NCBI GenBank assembly: GCA_022790955.1
Contig: JAAVYD010000143.1
Coordinates: forward strand, 4,635-68,634
Length of the DNA stretch: 64,000 nt
Direction: 5' to 3'
Origin: Bacillota bacterium
Lineage (GTDB): Bacteria; Bacillota; Clostridia; Peptostreptococcales; Anaerovoracaceae
Under the pieces are notes generated by a model. It worked only from the letters and a program-made list of their open reading frames with translations. It had not been told where the DNA came from and ran no database searches. Below, in pieces: positions 48,364-58,036 of this stretch. Numbering within the stretch: position 1 is the first letter of the stretch; the number at the start of each line of letters is the position of its first letter. A program made the translations under genes and the position numbers.

Positions 48364-50169
48364 ATGCGTACAAGAAAAGAGCTGAAAGTGCAGGCTAAGA
48401 AAGTATTGAAAAGACATTATTGGCTGTTTGTTGCAATCTGTCTGGTAGCGGCAATCTTCGGAGCAGAGTTTTCTGCACCGATTAATGTGGAAACAGGTGA
48501 AGAGGCTACAACGGCAGTATCCGAGAAAATGACAGTTGCTTTTGGAGAATTTATGCTGGGTATCGCCGGGGGAAATACTGCGGACAGACAGAAGGAGATT
48601 GAAGATACCGAAGAGAGATATGCCGAGGAATCAAAGGCAGTTCAAAAAGCAGTGTTAGGGCGGAGCAGAGGTGTTTTTGCTGCGGTTATGAATAAGGCAG
48701 CATCAGGGGCATTTATGATGTCATTAGCTGTAGGTATTCATTCTCTGGTAGGTTCTGACAGTCTGACAGTTGCGATATTGCTTTTGGGAGCACTTATTTT
48801 AGTGCTGTTTGTTCAGGTTTTTATAATCAGTGTATACCGTGTAGTGATAAGAAGAATGTTTTTGGAAAGCAGAACTTATGAAAATGTGCCGATTCAAAGA
48901 GCATGGTTTTTACTGCGGATTAAGAAATGGCTCCATGCCGGCGTGGTTCTTCTGGCAGCCAGTGTGATGAATCTGCTCTGGGGGCTTACGATTGTGGGAA
49001 TGTTTGTAAAGTATTATTCTTATTTTCTGGTTCCGTATATTGTGGCGGAAAATCCGAATATCAAAGCAATGGAGGCAGTTACCTTATCCAGAAAACTGAT
49101 GAAAGGGCATAAGTGGCAGTGCTTTATTCTGGAAATGACATTTATCGGCTGGGATCTTTTGGGAATATTTACACTTGGTATCTCTAATGTCTTATGGACA
49201 AATCCATATAAGTCAGCGGTGATGGCCGAGTATTATGCGGAGTTACGAAGGCTTGGAAAAGAAAAGAAGATTGAAAACACGGAACTTCTGTCCGATGAGT
49301 ATTTATTTGAAAAGGCGGATATTTATGAGCTTGAGCAAGTTTATGCAGATGTAGAAGCGGAATATGCAAAAGCAGATACAGAGCTTTTGCAGCTTAAAGG
49401 GATACATAGAATTTTGGCAAATGTATTTGGCGTGACAATAAAACAGAATAAAGAGATGGAGCGTCTGGAAGAAGAGCAGAGCCGGAAATTCCTGCTGACT
49501 TATGATAAAGCTGCATTGGAGGGAAAGACATATCCAACCAGGCTTTATCCGATTCCGGAGCACAGGAAACGCGCATGGGTTATGAATCTTAATTATTTGA
49601 GATATTATTCTGTCTGGTCAGTGATTATGCTGTTTTTTGTGATGTCATTTGTTGGATGGATATGGGAAGTGAGCCTTCATCTGGTAACAGACGGAGTGTT
49701 TGTAAACCGGGGGGTTATGCATGGCCCGTGGCTGCCAATCTATGGGTATGGAAGTGTGATGATCCTGTTGTTATTAAACAAATTCCGCAGAAAACCCGCG
49801 GCGGAGTTCGTATTAGCGGTTGTGCTGTGCGGCTGTGTAGAATATTTTACTTCGTATTACCTTGAAATTGCACATAATGGCACAAAGTGGTGGGATTATA
49901 CCGGATATTTCCTGAATCTGAATGGAAGAATCTGTGCGGAGGGTCTGCTTACTTTTGGTGTCGGCGGTATGGCGATTGTATATATGCTGGCTCCGTTTTT
50001 GGACAGCCTGTTCCGAAAAATACCGGTGAAGGCGTTGATGATATCGGGATTAGTCCTGATCGGTATCTTTGCGGCAGATCAGGTGTATTCTTCTGAACAC
50101 CCGAACGAAGGAAAAGGAATCACAGATTATGCGGCGGTTTCTTCACCGATGGAGGTGGCAGGGAGATGA
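48364..50169 (+). CDS. Large polytopic membrane protein (DUF975-like N-half fused to a PF06541-like C-half, tentative)
   Basis: 601 aa with more than 10 TM helices and a central coiled/charged linker. Confidence 0.5.
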   Translation: MRTRKELKVQAKKVLKRHYWLFVAICLVAAIFGAEFSAPINVETGEEATTAVSEKMTVAFGEFMLGIAGGNTADRQKEIEDTEERYAEESKAVQKAVLGRSRGVFAAVMNKAASGAFMMSLAVGIHSLVGSDSLTVAILLLGALILVLFVQVFIISVYRVVIRRMFLESRTYENVPIQRAWFLLRIKKWLHAGVVLLAASVMNLLWGLTIVGMFVKYYSYFLVPYIVAENPNIKAMEAVTLSRKLMKGHKWQCFILEMTFIGWDLLGIFTLGISNVLWTNPYKSAVMAEYYAELRRLGKEKKIENTELLSDEYLFEKADIYELEQVYADVEAEYAKADTELLQLKGIHRILANVFGVTIKQNKEMERLEEEQSRKFLLTYDKAALEGKTYPTRLYPIPEHRKRAWVMNLNYLRYYSVWSVIMLFFVMSFVGWIWEVSLHLVTDGVFVNRGVMHGPWLPIYGYGSVMILLLLNKFRRKPAAEFVLAVVLCGCVEYFTSYYLEIAHNGTKWWDYTGYFLNLNGRICAEGLLTFGVGGMAIVYMLAPFLDSLFRKIPVKALMISGLVLIGIFAADQVYSSEHPNEGKGITDYAAVSSPMEVAGR

Positions 50170-51356
50170 TAGCACTTTATTTATCGCCGCTTTACATCTG
50201 TGTATGCGGATATCTTTTCTGGCATTTTGTAAAATGGTCAGGAGCAGGTCACAGTTGTTTTGAAAAAAAGAGTGTGCGGGTGATACTTGCAATTGTGTAT
50301 CTGGGTGTGATTTTCAGTATACTGATTGCATTTTTGATGGAGCCTTCTTCACTTCAGAGAAAGATACAGCTTTTTGCCAATTACTGGTTGGGTGTTCTTT
50401 TGTACGCGGTTCTTGTTGTGGCGGCTGCAGATATCATACGTTTGATTTTAAAGAAAACGAACCTTAAAGTAAAAGATAAATTATTTTCCAGGACAGGACA
50501 TCTGGCAGTGGGAACAATCTGTTTGGTTTTGACAGCAGTGTTCAGTATTACAGGGATCTTAAGTGCACGGACGATAAAAATGACGGATTATCAGATTGAA
50601 GTCGATAAAAAAGCAGGGAATCTGGAGTCTATTAAGGTGATTCTGATTGCCGATCTTCATCTGGGGTACAGTATCGGAAACTGGCATATGGAACAGATGG
50701 TACATAAAATCAATAAAGAAGCTGCGGACCTTGTAGTGATCGCAGGAGATATTTTTGATAATGAATATGCGGCGCTTGAGCATCCCGGGCAGATAGCAGA
50801 AACACTAAGTCATATTAAAAGTAAGTATGGAGTATATGCCTGTTATGGCAACCATGATATTGAAGAGAAGATATTGGCAGGATTTACATTTTCCAGTGAT
50901 AAAAAGAAGGTCAGTGATCCACGGATGGATGAATTTCTTGAGAAAGCAGAAATTAAGCTTTTGAGAGATGAGGGCGTGCTGATCGACGATGCTTTTTACC
51001 TGTATGGACGGCCGGATTATGAAAGGCCGGGAAGAGGAATTGAGACAAGAAAGACGCCCGGCCAGATCACAAAGGATATGGATCTGACAAAACCTGTTCT
51101 GGTGCTCGATCATGAACCGCGGGAATTGGAGGAACTGTCAAATGCAGGAGTAGACGTTGACTTGTGCGGACACACTCATGACGGACAGACGTTTCCGGGC
51201 AACCTTACGATTCATCTGTTTTGGGAGAATCCTCGCGGATATCTGAAAAAAGGAGATATGCATAATATTGTTACTTCGGGAATCGGAGTGTTTGGTCCGA
51301 ATATGCGGGTGGGAACCAGGAGTGAAATCTGCCGGATTAGCGTCGAATTCCTGTAA
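50166..51356 (+). CDS. Membrane-bound metallophosphoesterase (YkuE-like)
   Basis: Four N-terminal TM helices. Motifs DLHLG, GDIFD, GNHD and GHTHDGQ. The start overlaps the previous stop. Confidence 0.85.
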   Translation: MIALYLSPLYICVCGYLFWHFVKWSGAGHSCFEKKSVRVILAIVYLGVIFSILIAFLMEPSSLQRKIQLFANYWLGVLLYAVLVVAAADIIRLILKKTNLKVKDKLFSRTGHLAVGTICLVLTAVFSITGILSARTIKMTDYQIEVDKKAGNLESIKVILIADLHLGYSIGNWHMEQMVHKINKEAADLVVIAGDIFDNEYAALEHPGQIAETLSHIKSKYGVYACYGNHDIEEKILAGFTFSSDKKKVSDPRMDEFLEKAEIKLLRDEGVLIDDAFYLYGRPDYERPGRGIETRKTPGQITKDMDLTKPVLVLDHEPRELEELSNAGVDVDLCGHTHDGQTFPGNLTIHLFWENPRGYLKKGDMHNIVTSGIGVFGPNMRVGTRSEICRISVEFL

Positions 51357-51397
51357 ATTTATGAAAGATACATATGAGAAAGAGAGGAAAGAGTTTT

Positions 51398-51637
51398 ATG
51401 GATAAGAATTTAGTAATAGCTATGTGGAGAGTATTTTATATAGTAGCGTTGCTGCTGGGAATATTAGGTGCGGCCTGCACGGTTTTGTCGCTTTATTTGG
51501 TCTTTAACGGAAATGAAGCATTTGAAGCATCACAGCTTATTCTTCCAGCCGTTTGCGCATGTTTTTCTATTGCAGGCTTTGTGGTTATGAAGCTTTATAA
51601 AAAGCGTATCGATGCTGCTAAGAAGAGAGGGGAATAG
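51398..51637 (+). CDS. Small two-TM membrane protein
   Basis: 79-aa ORF with an AGAGAGGAAAGAG RBS, upstream of the ABC transporter. Confidence 0.4.
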   Translation: MDKNLVIAMWRVFYIVALLLGILGAACTVLSLYLVFNGNEAFEASQLILPAVCACFSIAGFVVMKLYKKRIDAAKKRGE

Positions 51638-51642
51638 GTAGT

Positions 51643-52368
51643 ATGGATTATATTATCGAGACAAAGAATCTTACCAAAGATTATAAAGGCTTTCTGGCAA
51701 ATGATAATGTGAGTATCCAGATTCCAAAAGGGGCGGTACATGGACTGATCGGACGGAATGGAGCGGGAAAGACAACGCTAATGAAGATGATTCTGGGATT
51801 TTCCAACCGAACAGGCGGAACGATCATTATTAACGGAAAAGAAGATGAGGCATCACTTTGGGCAGAGCGCAGTAAGATTGGCTCTATTATCGAAACACCT
51901 GCTTTTTATGATGAGATGACCTGTTTTGCCAATTTGATGTATCATGCGAAGCTGATCGGTTACGGGGATAAAAGTCATGTGATGGAAATACTGCGCAGAG
52001 TAGGGCTGGAGCGTTTTAAAGGCCGTAAAGTAAAAGCGTTTTCGCTGGGAATGCGGCAGAAGCTGGGAATTGCCTGTGCGATTCTTGGAAAACCGGAGTT
52101 TTTGATGTTAGACGAGCCTACGAATGGTTTGGATCCTGTATCAATTGCAGAGATCCGCACTCTTTTATTAGATATCAATGAAAAGGACGGCGTGACAATT
52201 TTAATTTCCAGTCATATTTTAGGTGAGATGGAAAAACTGGCATCTTCGTTCTCCTTTATGTTGGATGGGAAATTAGTAGACAGTATTACAAAAGAAGAGT
52301 TGGAAGAAAAGAATCAGGATTTGGAGACTTATTTCCTGGAAATGGCAGGAGGGGTGAAAGATGAATAG
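51643..52368 (+). CDS. ABC transporter ATP-binding protein
   Basis: Walker A GRNGAGKTT, signature FSLGMRQK and Walker B FLMLDEP. Confidence 0.9.
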   Translation: MDYIIETKNLTKDYKGFLANDNVSIQIPKGAVHGLIGRNGAGKTTLMKMILGFSNRTGGTIIINGKEDEASLWAERSKIGSIIETPAFYDEMTCFANLMYHAKLIGYGDKSHVMEILRRVGLERFKGRKVKAFSLGMRQKLGIACAILGKPEFLMLDEPTNGLDPVSIAEIRTLLLDINEKDGVTILISSHILGEMEKLASSFSFMLDGKLVDSITKEELEEKNQDLETYFLEMAGGVKDE

Positions 52369-53077
52369 GATTTTCCGGGCAGAGATATATAAATTGAGGC
52401 ATATGCCAAGTTTTTGTTATGGTATATTAGCTGTAATACCGGCGGGGCTTTTGTGTGCTGTTATAGCAAGCATGGATCGTGAGATCACTATGGTAGAGCT
52501 GTTTTCAGGAATGGCATCATATGCAAGTTTTTTTGTGGTTGCGGATATAGTTCTTTATGTGACAAATGATTATGAAAAGGGAACCATTAAGGCAATTATA
52601 TCCAGTGGAGTCAGCAAGAGCAGGGTTTATTTTGGAAGGCTGTTAGTATCTATATTTATTGCAGAAATTGGTTTTCTGCTCACACTCGCAAGTGCTGCAT
52701 TATATGCGAAGATCGTAGCGCAGATTCCGGTTTCTGACTGGACGATGGCGCAATATATTTCCAGCACAGTAATACAGATGATTTTTATTGCACTGTATGC
52801 GACTGTTGGGTATTTTGTTTCTGTTGTTGTAAGAAAACAGTCACTGGCTATTATCATTGCGCTGGTGGTTATTCATGCAGAGCCGCTGCTGGTAAGTTAC
52901 CTTGGAAAAATGTTGAAGATGGATCTGGAAATCTTTGATATTTCCAATGTTAGCCAACAGATGGAGGCACTTGATATCACAGGAAATGTATTGCTGGGAA
53001 GTGGAATTTTTGTGTTGGTTACAGTATTCGTCTGTATTGTGATCGGAGTTCAGGTGTTTAAGAGATATGACATTTAA
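52361..53077 (+). CDS. ABC-2 type permease
   Basis: 238 aa with six TM helices. The start overlaps the ATPase stop. Confidence 0.65.
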   Translation: MNRIFRAEIYKLRHMPSFCYGILAVIPAGLLCAVIASMDREITMVELFSGMASYASFFVVADIVLYVTNDYEKGTIKAIISSGVSKSRVYFGRLLVSIFIAEIGFLLTLASAALYAKIVAQIPVSDWTMAQYISSTVIQMIFIALYATVGYFVSVVVRKQSLAIIIALVVIHAEPLLVSYLGKMLKMDLEIFDISNVSQQMEALDITGNVLLGSGIFVLVTVFVCIVIGVQVFKRYDI

Positions 53078-53089
53078 ATAGGCGGCATT

Positions 53090-53533
53090 TGAATAGATCC
53101 CGTCTATGTGCAAGCAGACCTTGATGTGTATGATTTTTTCAAGAGTCAAGGGACGATCATTGTCAATGACACCGCCGACTTTACGGGTATGAACGGCTGC
53201 TATCTGTATCAAGGGCGGGGACGTGAAGCCGGACAAGGCGCAAAAGCTCAAATGCTGGTGCTTGCGTCCCATGAGGGCATTGTTTGTTCTCTCTGATGTG
53301 TGGCTGATCTGCCGCAAGAGGCTGATGAACAACATGAAAATCCAGTCCGTCCGGAAAGCCACCCACACATGGCTGATGGGGAAAATCAAATGCGGGAACT
53401 GAGGATATGCCCTTATGAGTACTTTCAATCCCTCTGGCAAGCAATACCTCCGCTGTACGAAACGACTGGATACAAGAGTTGTCCGGGGTGTGGGAAAATC
53501 ACCACGAGAGAGCTGGAAGCGGTGGTGTATTAG
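53090..53533 (+). pseudogene. GC-rich coding remnants of unknown origin
   Basis: Two short, natural-looking reading frames in different phases. One reads IDPVYVQADLDVYDFFKSQGTIIVNDTADFTGMNG...LVLASHEGIV. The other reads ...YKSCPGCGKITTRELEAVVY. No RBS or full-length ORF is present, and the composition differs from the flanks. Confidence 0.4.
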
Positions 53534-53741
53534 CAGATGGTCAAGAAGCGGGCAAGCTACAAAACGCTGACGGGTATATCAGCGCTTGTCAGACTGTTAC
53601 CCTGTGTAGTCTCTTGTAAACTGTACTTTTTCAAAATAAAAATAATTAATTTCATATAGAGCGTTTGGTGGTGCCGTGATTCTACATAGGATTGCGGCAC
53701 TTTTCTTTTTGACATATTCCGACCGAGCTATACGGGATTAC

Positions 53742-53775
53742 GTAATGCAGATAAAAGCGAGAGGTCCACCGTACT
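53742..53775. repeat. Left copy of imperfect direct repeat
   Basis: GTAATGCAG-ATAAAAGCGA-gaggtc-CACCGTACT. Confidence 0.7.
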
Positions 53776-53816
53776 CTGATTTGATTTCAAAGAATTCAGA
53801 TCGGAGGTAAAGAAAG

Positions 53817-54248
53817 GTGGCTTTTAATAAAGCAAGAGAAGAACAAAAATGGAAATTGTGGAAGGAACGTGAAGAGCAGATTATGCGTAGCGAAGGGATG
53901 AGCGAGGACGCGATCCAGAGCCTGTATCAAATGGACTGGGATGACTTTAATGAAGAACGGAGGTATCAGGAACACCTCTCATCTAATCAGGAGGAATTAT
54001 ATGCTGGAAGGGAGACAGAATATTTTCCGGAAGTTAAGGATATCCAGCAATTGTTTGACAGTATAGAAAATGAGCAGCTTTTACATATACTTTTGGAGTT
54101 GGATAAAAAAACACTGCAGATTTTGCTGCTTAAAATGTGGGGGTTTTCAGTGAGTGAAATATCCGCTCAGTTGGGTATTCCAGAGAAGACAATCTATACC
54201 CGGATTGACCGGTTGAAGAAAAAAATAAAAAAAGTTATGGAGAAGTGA
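53817..54248 (+). CDS. Sigma-70 region-4-type HTH protein (mobile-element regulator)
   Basis: 143 aa. C-terminal LQILLLKMWGFSVSEISAQLGIPEKTIYTRIDRLKKKI. GGAGG RBS before the GTG start. Confidence 0.7.
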   Translation: MAFNKAREEQKWKLWKEREEQIMRSEGMSEDAIQSLYQMDWDDFNEERRYQEHLSSNQEELYAGRETEYFPEVKDIQQLFDSIENEQLLHILLELDKKTLQILLLKMWGFSVSEISAQLGIPEKTIYTRIDRLKKKIKKVMEK

Positions 54249-54767
54249 AGAAAAAAGGGGGTGTTTGTCGGCTATATATATGAGAAGGGTAATTACCCGG
54301 AGTGTTCCTTGACAATTACATACCAGCATTACAGGTACGTTCTCGTAGATAGAAGCGTGACAGTATAAGCGCCATGACGGATGAAAGCAGCACTGTAGGA
54401 TGTCTGTATTCATTTTGAGCGATTCCTTATAGCTGTGAATAAGATTTTAGCAGGTCTTTCGCCATGAGCATCTGCGGGGGATAATGATACGAATATCTGC
54501 CATAGAGCAGAGGATGGACTCCAAGTTGTAATCAGCAAGACTTTCAGGAAATCTGCGAGCGGTGCGAAGCGAAGCATCCGCCTGTGATGTTCCCTAAACG
54601 TTAAAGAATGTTGGGTATCGGGGGTGGCGGGGACAAATACGATGCCAGAAAATTAAAATAAAAGAAATCGATGAAGAGTGTGTCGTTGATATCAGATACG
54701 TGCGGCTGTGGGGAGGCCTACAGCCGTATTCATGTGGTATTAACGCCATGCGGAAAGAAGAAGTAAT

Positions 54768-56735
54768 ATGTTTTATAAAGTAGAATACCAGAAAAGAGTA
54801 CATCAGGAGATAGAGAAGATATTCAGAGTATTACTGCCGGAGCAAGGGCTGGCGGTGCGTGAAGAACAGATCCGGTTATGTCATGAAATGCTTAACACCC
54901 TGCTGGAAGGAAAGATTGCTCTTTGTGATGCGGGAGTAGGAATTGGTAAAACTTATGCGTATTTAGTTGCATGCATCATGATGAGGAAGTATTCTGCGCT
55001 CGCAGAAAGAGTTGTACCACTGAATTATTTCCCAATGGTGATATCTACCTCCAGCATTGCACTGCAGAAAGCGATTCTTTCAGAGTATATCCCATTTCTC
55101 TCAAAGGTGCTTGTAGAACATGGAATGATTCAAACACCACTTCGGGCAGTGGTAAGAAAAGGAAAAGAACACTTTGTATGTGATGTCAGGCTGGAACAGC
55201 GGCTGGAAGCAATACGCGATAAGAAGAAAAATGCAATACAAAAAGAAGCTCTTATATTATTACGCAAACATTACGATATGGATGAGGTACAGGGAATCAG
55301 TGGATTTGACCGCAGGCTGGTAAATGTGCCGAAGTTCTGTCCAAGAGAATGTCCGGAAAAGGATACTTGCCGTTATCAGAAGTATTTGAACGAGGCAAAA
55401 AGGAAAGATATCTTTATTCAGATTTGTAATCACAATTATCTGCTTGCAGACGCGTCGCACCGGAACAAAGATTACCGTCCGCTTCTGGTAGATTATCGGA
55501 TATTAATTGTGGACGAAGCGCATCAGCTTCCAGAAGCCGCAAGGCAGATGTATGGGAAAAGTTTATGTTTTGATAATATTCGGGAGATAGGATACTATTT
55601 GGAGCAAGAGCATCAGAATGCGGAAGCCAGAACAATGAAAAGTGTCATACGAAATATGCTGGATATTATTGCAGAAAATCACATGACCGGAAATGGACTT
55701 AGAGCACACTTCTGTATGTCAGAAGAATGCTCGTTATATTTATACGAGGGAATCCAAATGCTGGATAGGCTGATGGAAACATTAAAAGGGACAGTTCCCC
55801 AATGGATACTGAACAGGCTGAAAGAGGCAAGAAGCGTGTTGGAGTGTTTCTTTTGTCAGGATCGGAAATATGTTCTTTACTTAAAATTGGATCAGGAAAA
55901 ACTTCCAGTTTTGTGTGCCGCCAGTCGGGAAATCCCAAATCTTTTGCAGGATATGCTGTGGAACAGGGAAATATCTGCTATTTTGGCCAGCGGAACACTA
56001 AAGGACGGAAAAGGGTTTGAAAGAACCAGACAGATGGCAGGATTAAACAATAGGAAGAATGTGCAGGAATATGTGGCAGTTTCGCCCTTTTCTTATAAAA
56101 AGAACTGTTTGCTATATCTACCTAAAACATTGAGACGTTATAAAAGAGGGAGCAGGGAAGAAGCGGAGATGGTAGCAAAGCATATTCACTCTCTGGTTTG
56201 TTCTACCTATGGACATACATTGGTGTTGTTTACATCTTATGCTTTAATGGGAAGTGTGTATCAGATTTTGCGCGATCGTTCTCCTTTCCCGATGGTAGAG
56301 GTGTGGAGGCATTCACAAGAAGAAATTATGAAATTTAAGAAAATGGAAAATGCTGTATTGTTTGCAGCAGGCTCCTGCTGGGAGGGGGTAGATTTTCCGG
56401 GAGATATGGTATCTTCCCTAATTATTGTGAAACTGCCGTTTGCTGTTCCAGATCCAATCAGTGAGGCGGAAAAAGAAGAGTACGAGACATTGGAAAAGTA
56501 TATACAGGCGATTATCATACCGGATATGCAGAAGAAACTACGTCAGGGATTTGGAAGGGCAATCCGGACGGAAAAAGATACCTGTGTAGTGTCTATCCTG
56601 GATTACCGGGCAGTAAAGGGCGGCAAATATTATGAAGATGTTATGTGTGCTCTGCCAGCATGCCAGATGGCAGAGGATATGAAAGATGTACGGGAGTTTA
56701 TCCGGAGCAGAAAAAGTTTAGAATATTATTTATAA
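54768..56735 (+). CDS. dinG: DinG/XPD-like (Rad3-family) DNA helicase
   Basis: 655 aa. Walker A CDAGVGIGKTYAY and DEAH box IVDEAHQL. Cys cluster FCPRECPEKDTC between motifs I and II. C-terminal helicase motifs FAAGSCWEGVDFPG and QGFGRAIRT. Confidence 0.8.
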   Translation: MFYKVEYQKRVHQEIEKIFRVLLPEQGLAVREEQIRLCHEMLNTLLEGKIALCDAGVGIGKTYAYLVACIMMRKYSALAERVVPLNYFPMVISTSSIALQKAILSEYIPFLSKVLVEHGMIQTPLRAVVRKGKEHFVCDVRLEQRLEAIRDKKKNAIQKEALILLRKHYDMDEVQGISGFDRRLVNVPKFCPRECPEKDTCRYQKYLNEAKRKDIFIQICNHNYLLADASHRNKDYRPLLVDYRILIVDEAHQLPEAARQMYGKSLCFDNIREIGYYLEQEHQNAEARTMKSVIRNMLDIIAENHMTGNGLRAHFCMSEECSLYLYEGIQMLDRLMETLKGTVPQWILNRLKEARSVLECFFCQDRKYVLYLKLDQEKLPVLCAASREIPNLLQDMLWNREISAILASGTLKDGKGFERTRQMAGLNNRKNVQEYVAVSPFSYKKNCLLYLPKTLRRYKRGSREEAEMVAKHIHSLVCSTYGHTLVLFTSYALMGSVYQILRDRSPFPMVEVWRHSQEEIMKFKKMENAVLFAAGSCWEGVDFPGDMVSSLIIVKLPFAVPDPISEAEKEEYETLEKYIQAIIIPDMQKKLRQGFGRAIRTEKDTCVVSILDYRAVKGGKYYEDVMCALPACQMAEDMKDVREFIRSRKSLEYYL

Positions 56736-56903
56736 GGTTATTTCCGGTATTGTTGGATTTGCTCCATTTGAAACGAGTGCAGGTGGAAATGTTTGGTACA
56801 GTTTCAGCAAAGAAATCTTACGAATTGTTGGATTTGCTGAATAGATATCCCCACATAGATTGGGTATACTGTGTATAGCGTTAGAGGAAAGGCGGTGAGT
56901 GAA

Positions 56904-58019
56904 ATGGCACAATATATAGTTGTATTATACCGGGAGGTAAATCAAAAGTATTATTGTATCCGGGAGCGGTTAAGTGGCGATATTGTGCTTGAACCATCTC
57001 AATATCTAATGCATAAGACAAGGCAGAAACGGTCACCAAATACAATCAAGAGAAGTGCTTATGCGCTTTCATATTATCTAAATTATATGGCGATGGAAAA
57101 TCTAAAGCTGGATATGATATGGGAGATGAAGTATGAAGAACAGCATGAGCATTTTACCAATTTTTTACATTGGTTAAGAAATGGGATTCATAGCAATGAA
57201 AAGTACCAGAAGAAACCAAGTAATGAAACGTGTAATGCGTATCTCAAAGAAGTATTTCGATTTTATGAATTTTTAGAAAGAGGAGAACGCGTGGGAAATT
57301 TGAAGGTGCTGTCGGATGCACAATTTATTGTTCGGAACTCCATAGGTATCAAAAGAGTGTTGAAACGGAGAAGTTTTGAGGGATATTTAAAAGAACAGGG
57401 GCATCAAGGTAGAAGCATAGAGCAGGATAAGATCATTGTACTGTTGCAGGCATGTGCAAATTGTCGAGATCAGATTCTGCTTTTATTATTAGCCGAAACC
57501 GGGTTTCGTATAGGAGAGCTTTTGGGGGTGCGATATGAAAAAGATATTAACTTTAAAGAGCATATCATTTATGTGAATTTTCGAGAAGATAATGAGAATG
57601 AGGCTAGAGCAAAAAATGCGGAATTACGGAGAGCGAAAATCAGTAATGAAACCTTTGCAATTTTAAGATTCTATATGGAAGAATACAAAGACTTGATTTT
57701 TACACAGGAATTTCTTTTTATCAATCTGTCAGATGATTATAAAGGGAAGCCAATGAGATATGGAACGGTGTATGCGATGCTGGAACGTTTGGAGCATAAG
57801 ACAGGGATTAAGGCAACACCTCATATGCTACGACATTATTTTTCTAATGAAAGAAAAAAAGATGGCTGGCCGATAGAACTGATTAGCCGAGCGTTAGGGC
57901 ATAAAAATATCGAAACTACTATGAAGTATTTGAATATTTCGGATGATGAATTGATCGAAGTCAGTGACGTCTTTTATCAGAGACATCAATCCTTATATGG
58001 AATCGACCATCTGCTATAG
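56904..58019 (+). CDS. Tyrosine recombinase 1 (Tn554 TnpA-like size)
   Basis: Motifs ETGFRIGELLG, HMLRHYF and LGHKNIETTMKYL. Confidence 0.85.
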   Translation: MAQYIVVLYREVNQKYYCIRERLSGDIVLEPSQYLMHKTRQKRSPNTIKRSAYALSYYLNYMAMENLKLDMIWEMKYEEQHEHFTNFLHWLRNGIHSNEKYQKKPSNETCNAYLKEVFRFYEFLERGERVGNLKVLSDAQFIVRNSIGIKRVLKRRSFEGYLKEQGHQGRSIEQDKIIVLLQACANCRDQILLLLLAETGFRIGELLGVRYEKDINFKEHIIYVNFREDNENEARAKNAELRRAKISNETFAILRFYMEEYKDLIFTQEFLFINLSDDYKGKPMRYGTVYAMLERLEHKTGIKATPHMLRHYFSNERKKDGWPIELISRALGHKNIETTMKYLNISDDELIEVSDVFYQRHQSLYGIDHLL

Positions 58020-58036
58020 TACGAGGAGGCGGTAAA

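Noticed and set aside
52841-53440. 199-aa minus-strand ORF spanning the permease 3-prime end and the downstream debris.
   Set aside because: It overlaps a well-supported permease gene on the opposite strand, and the translation has no membrane or enzymatic character.
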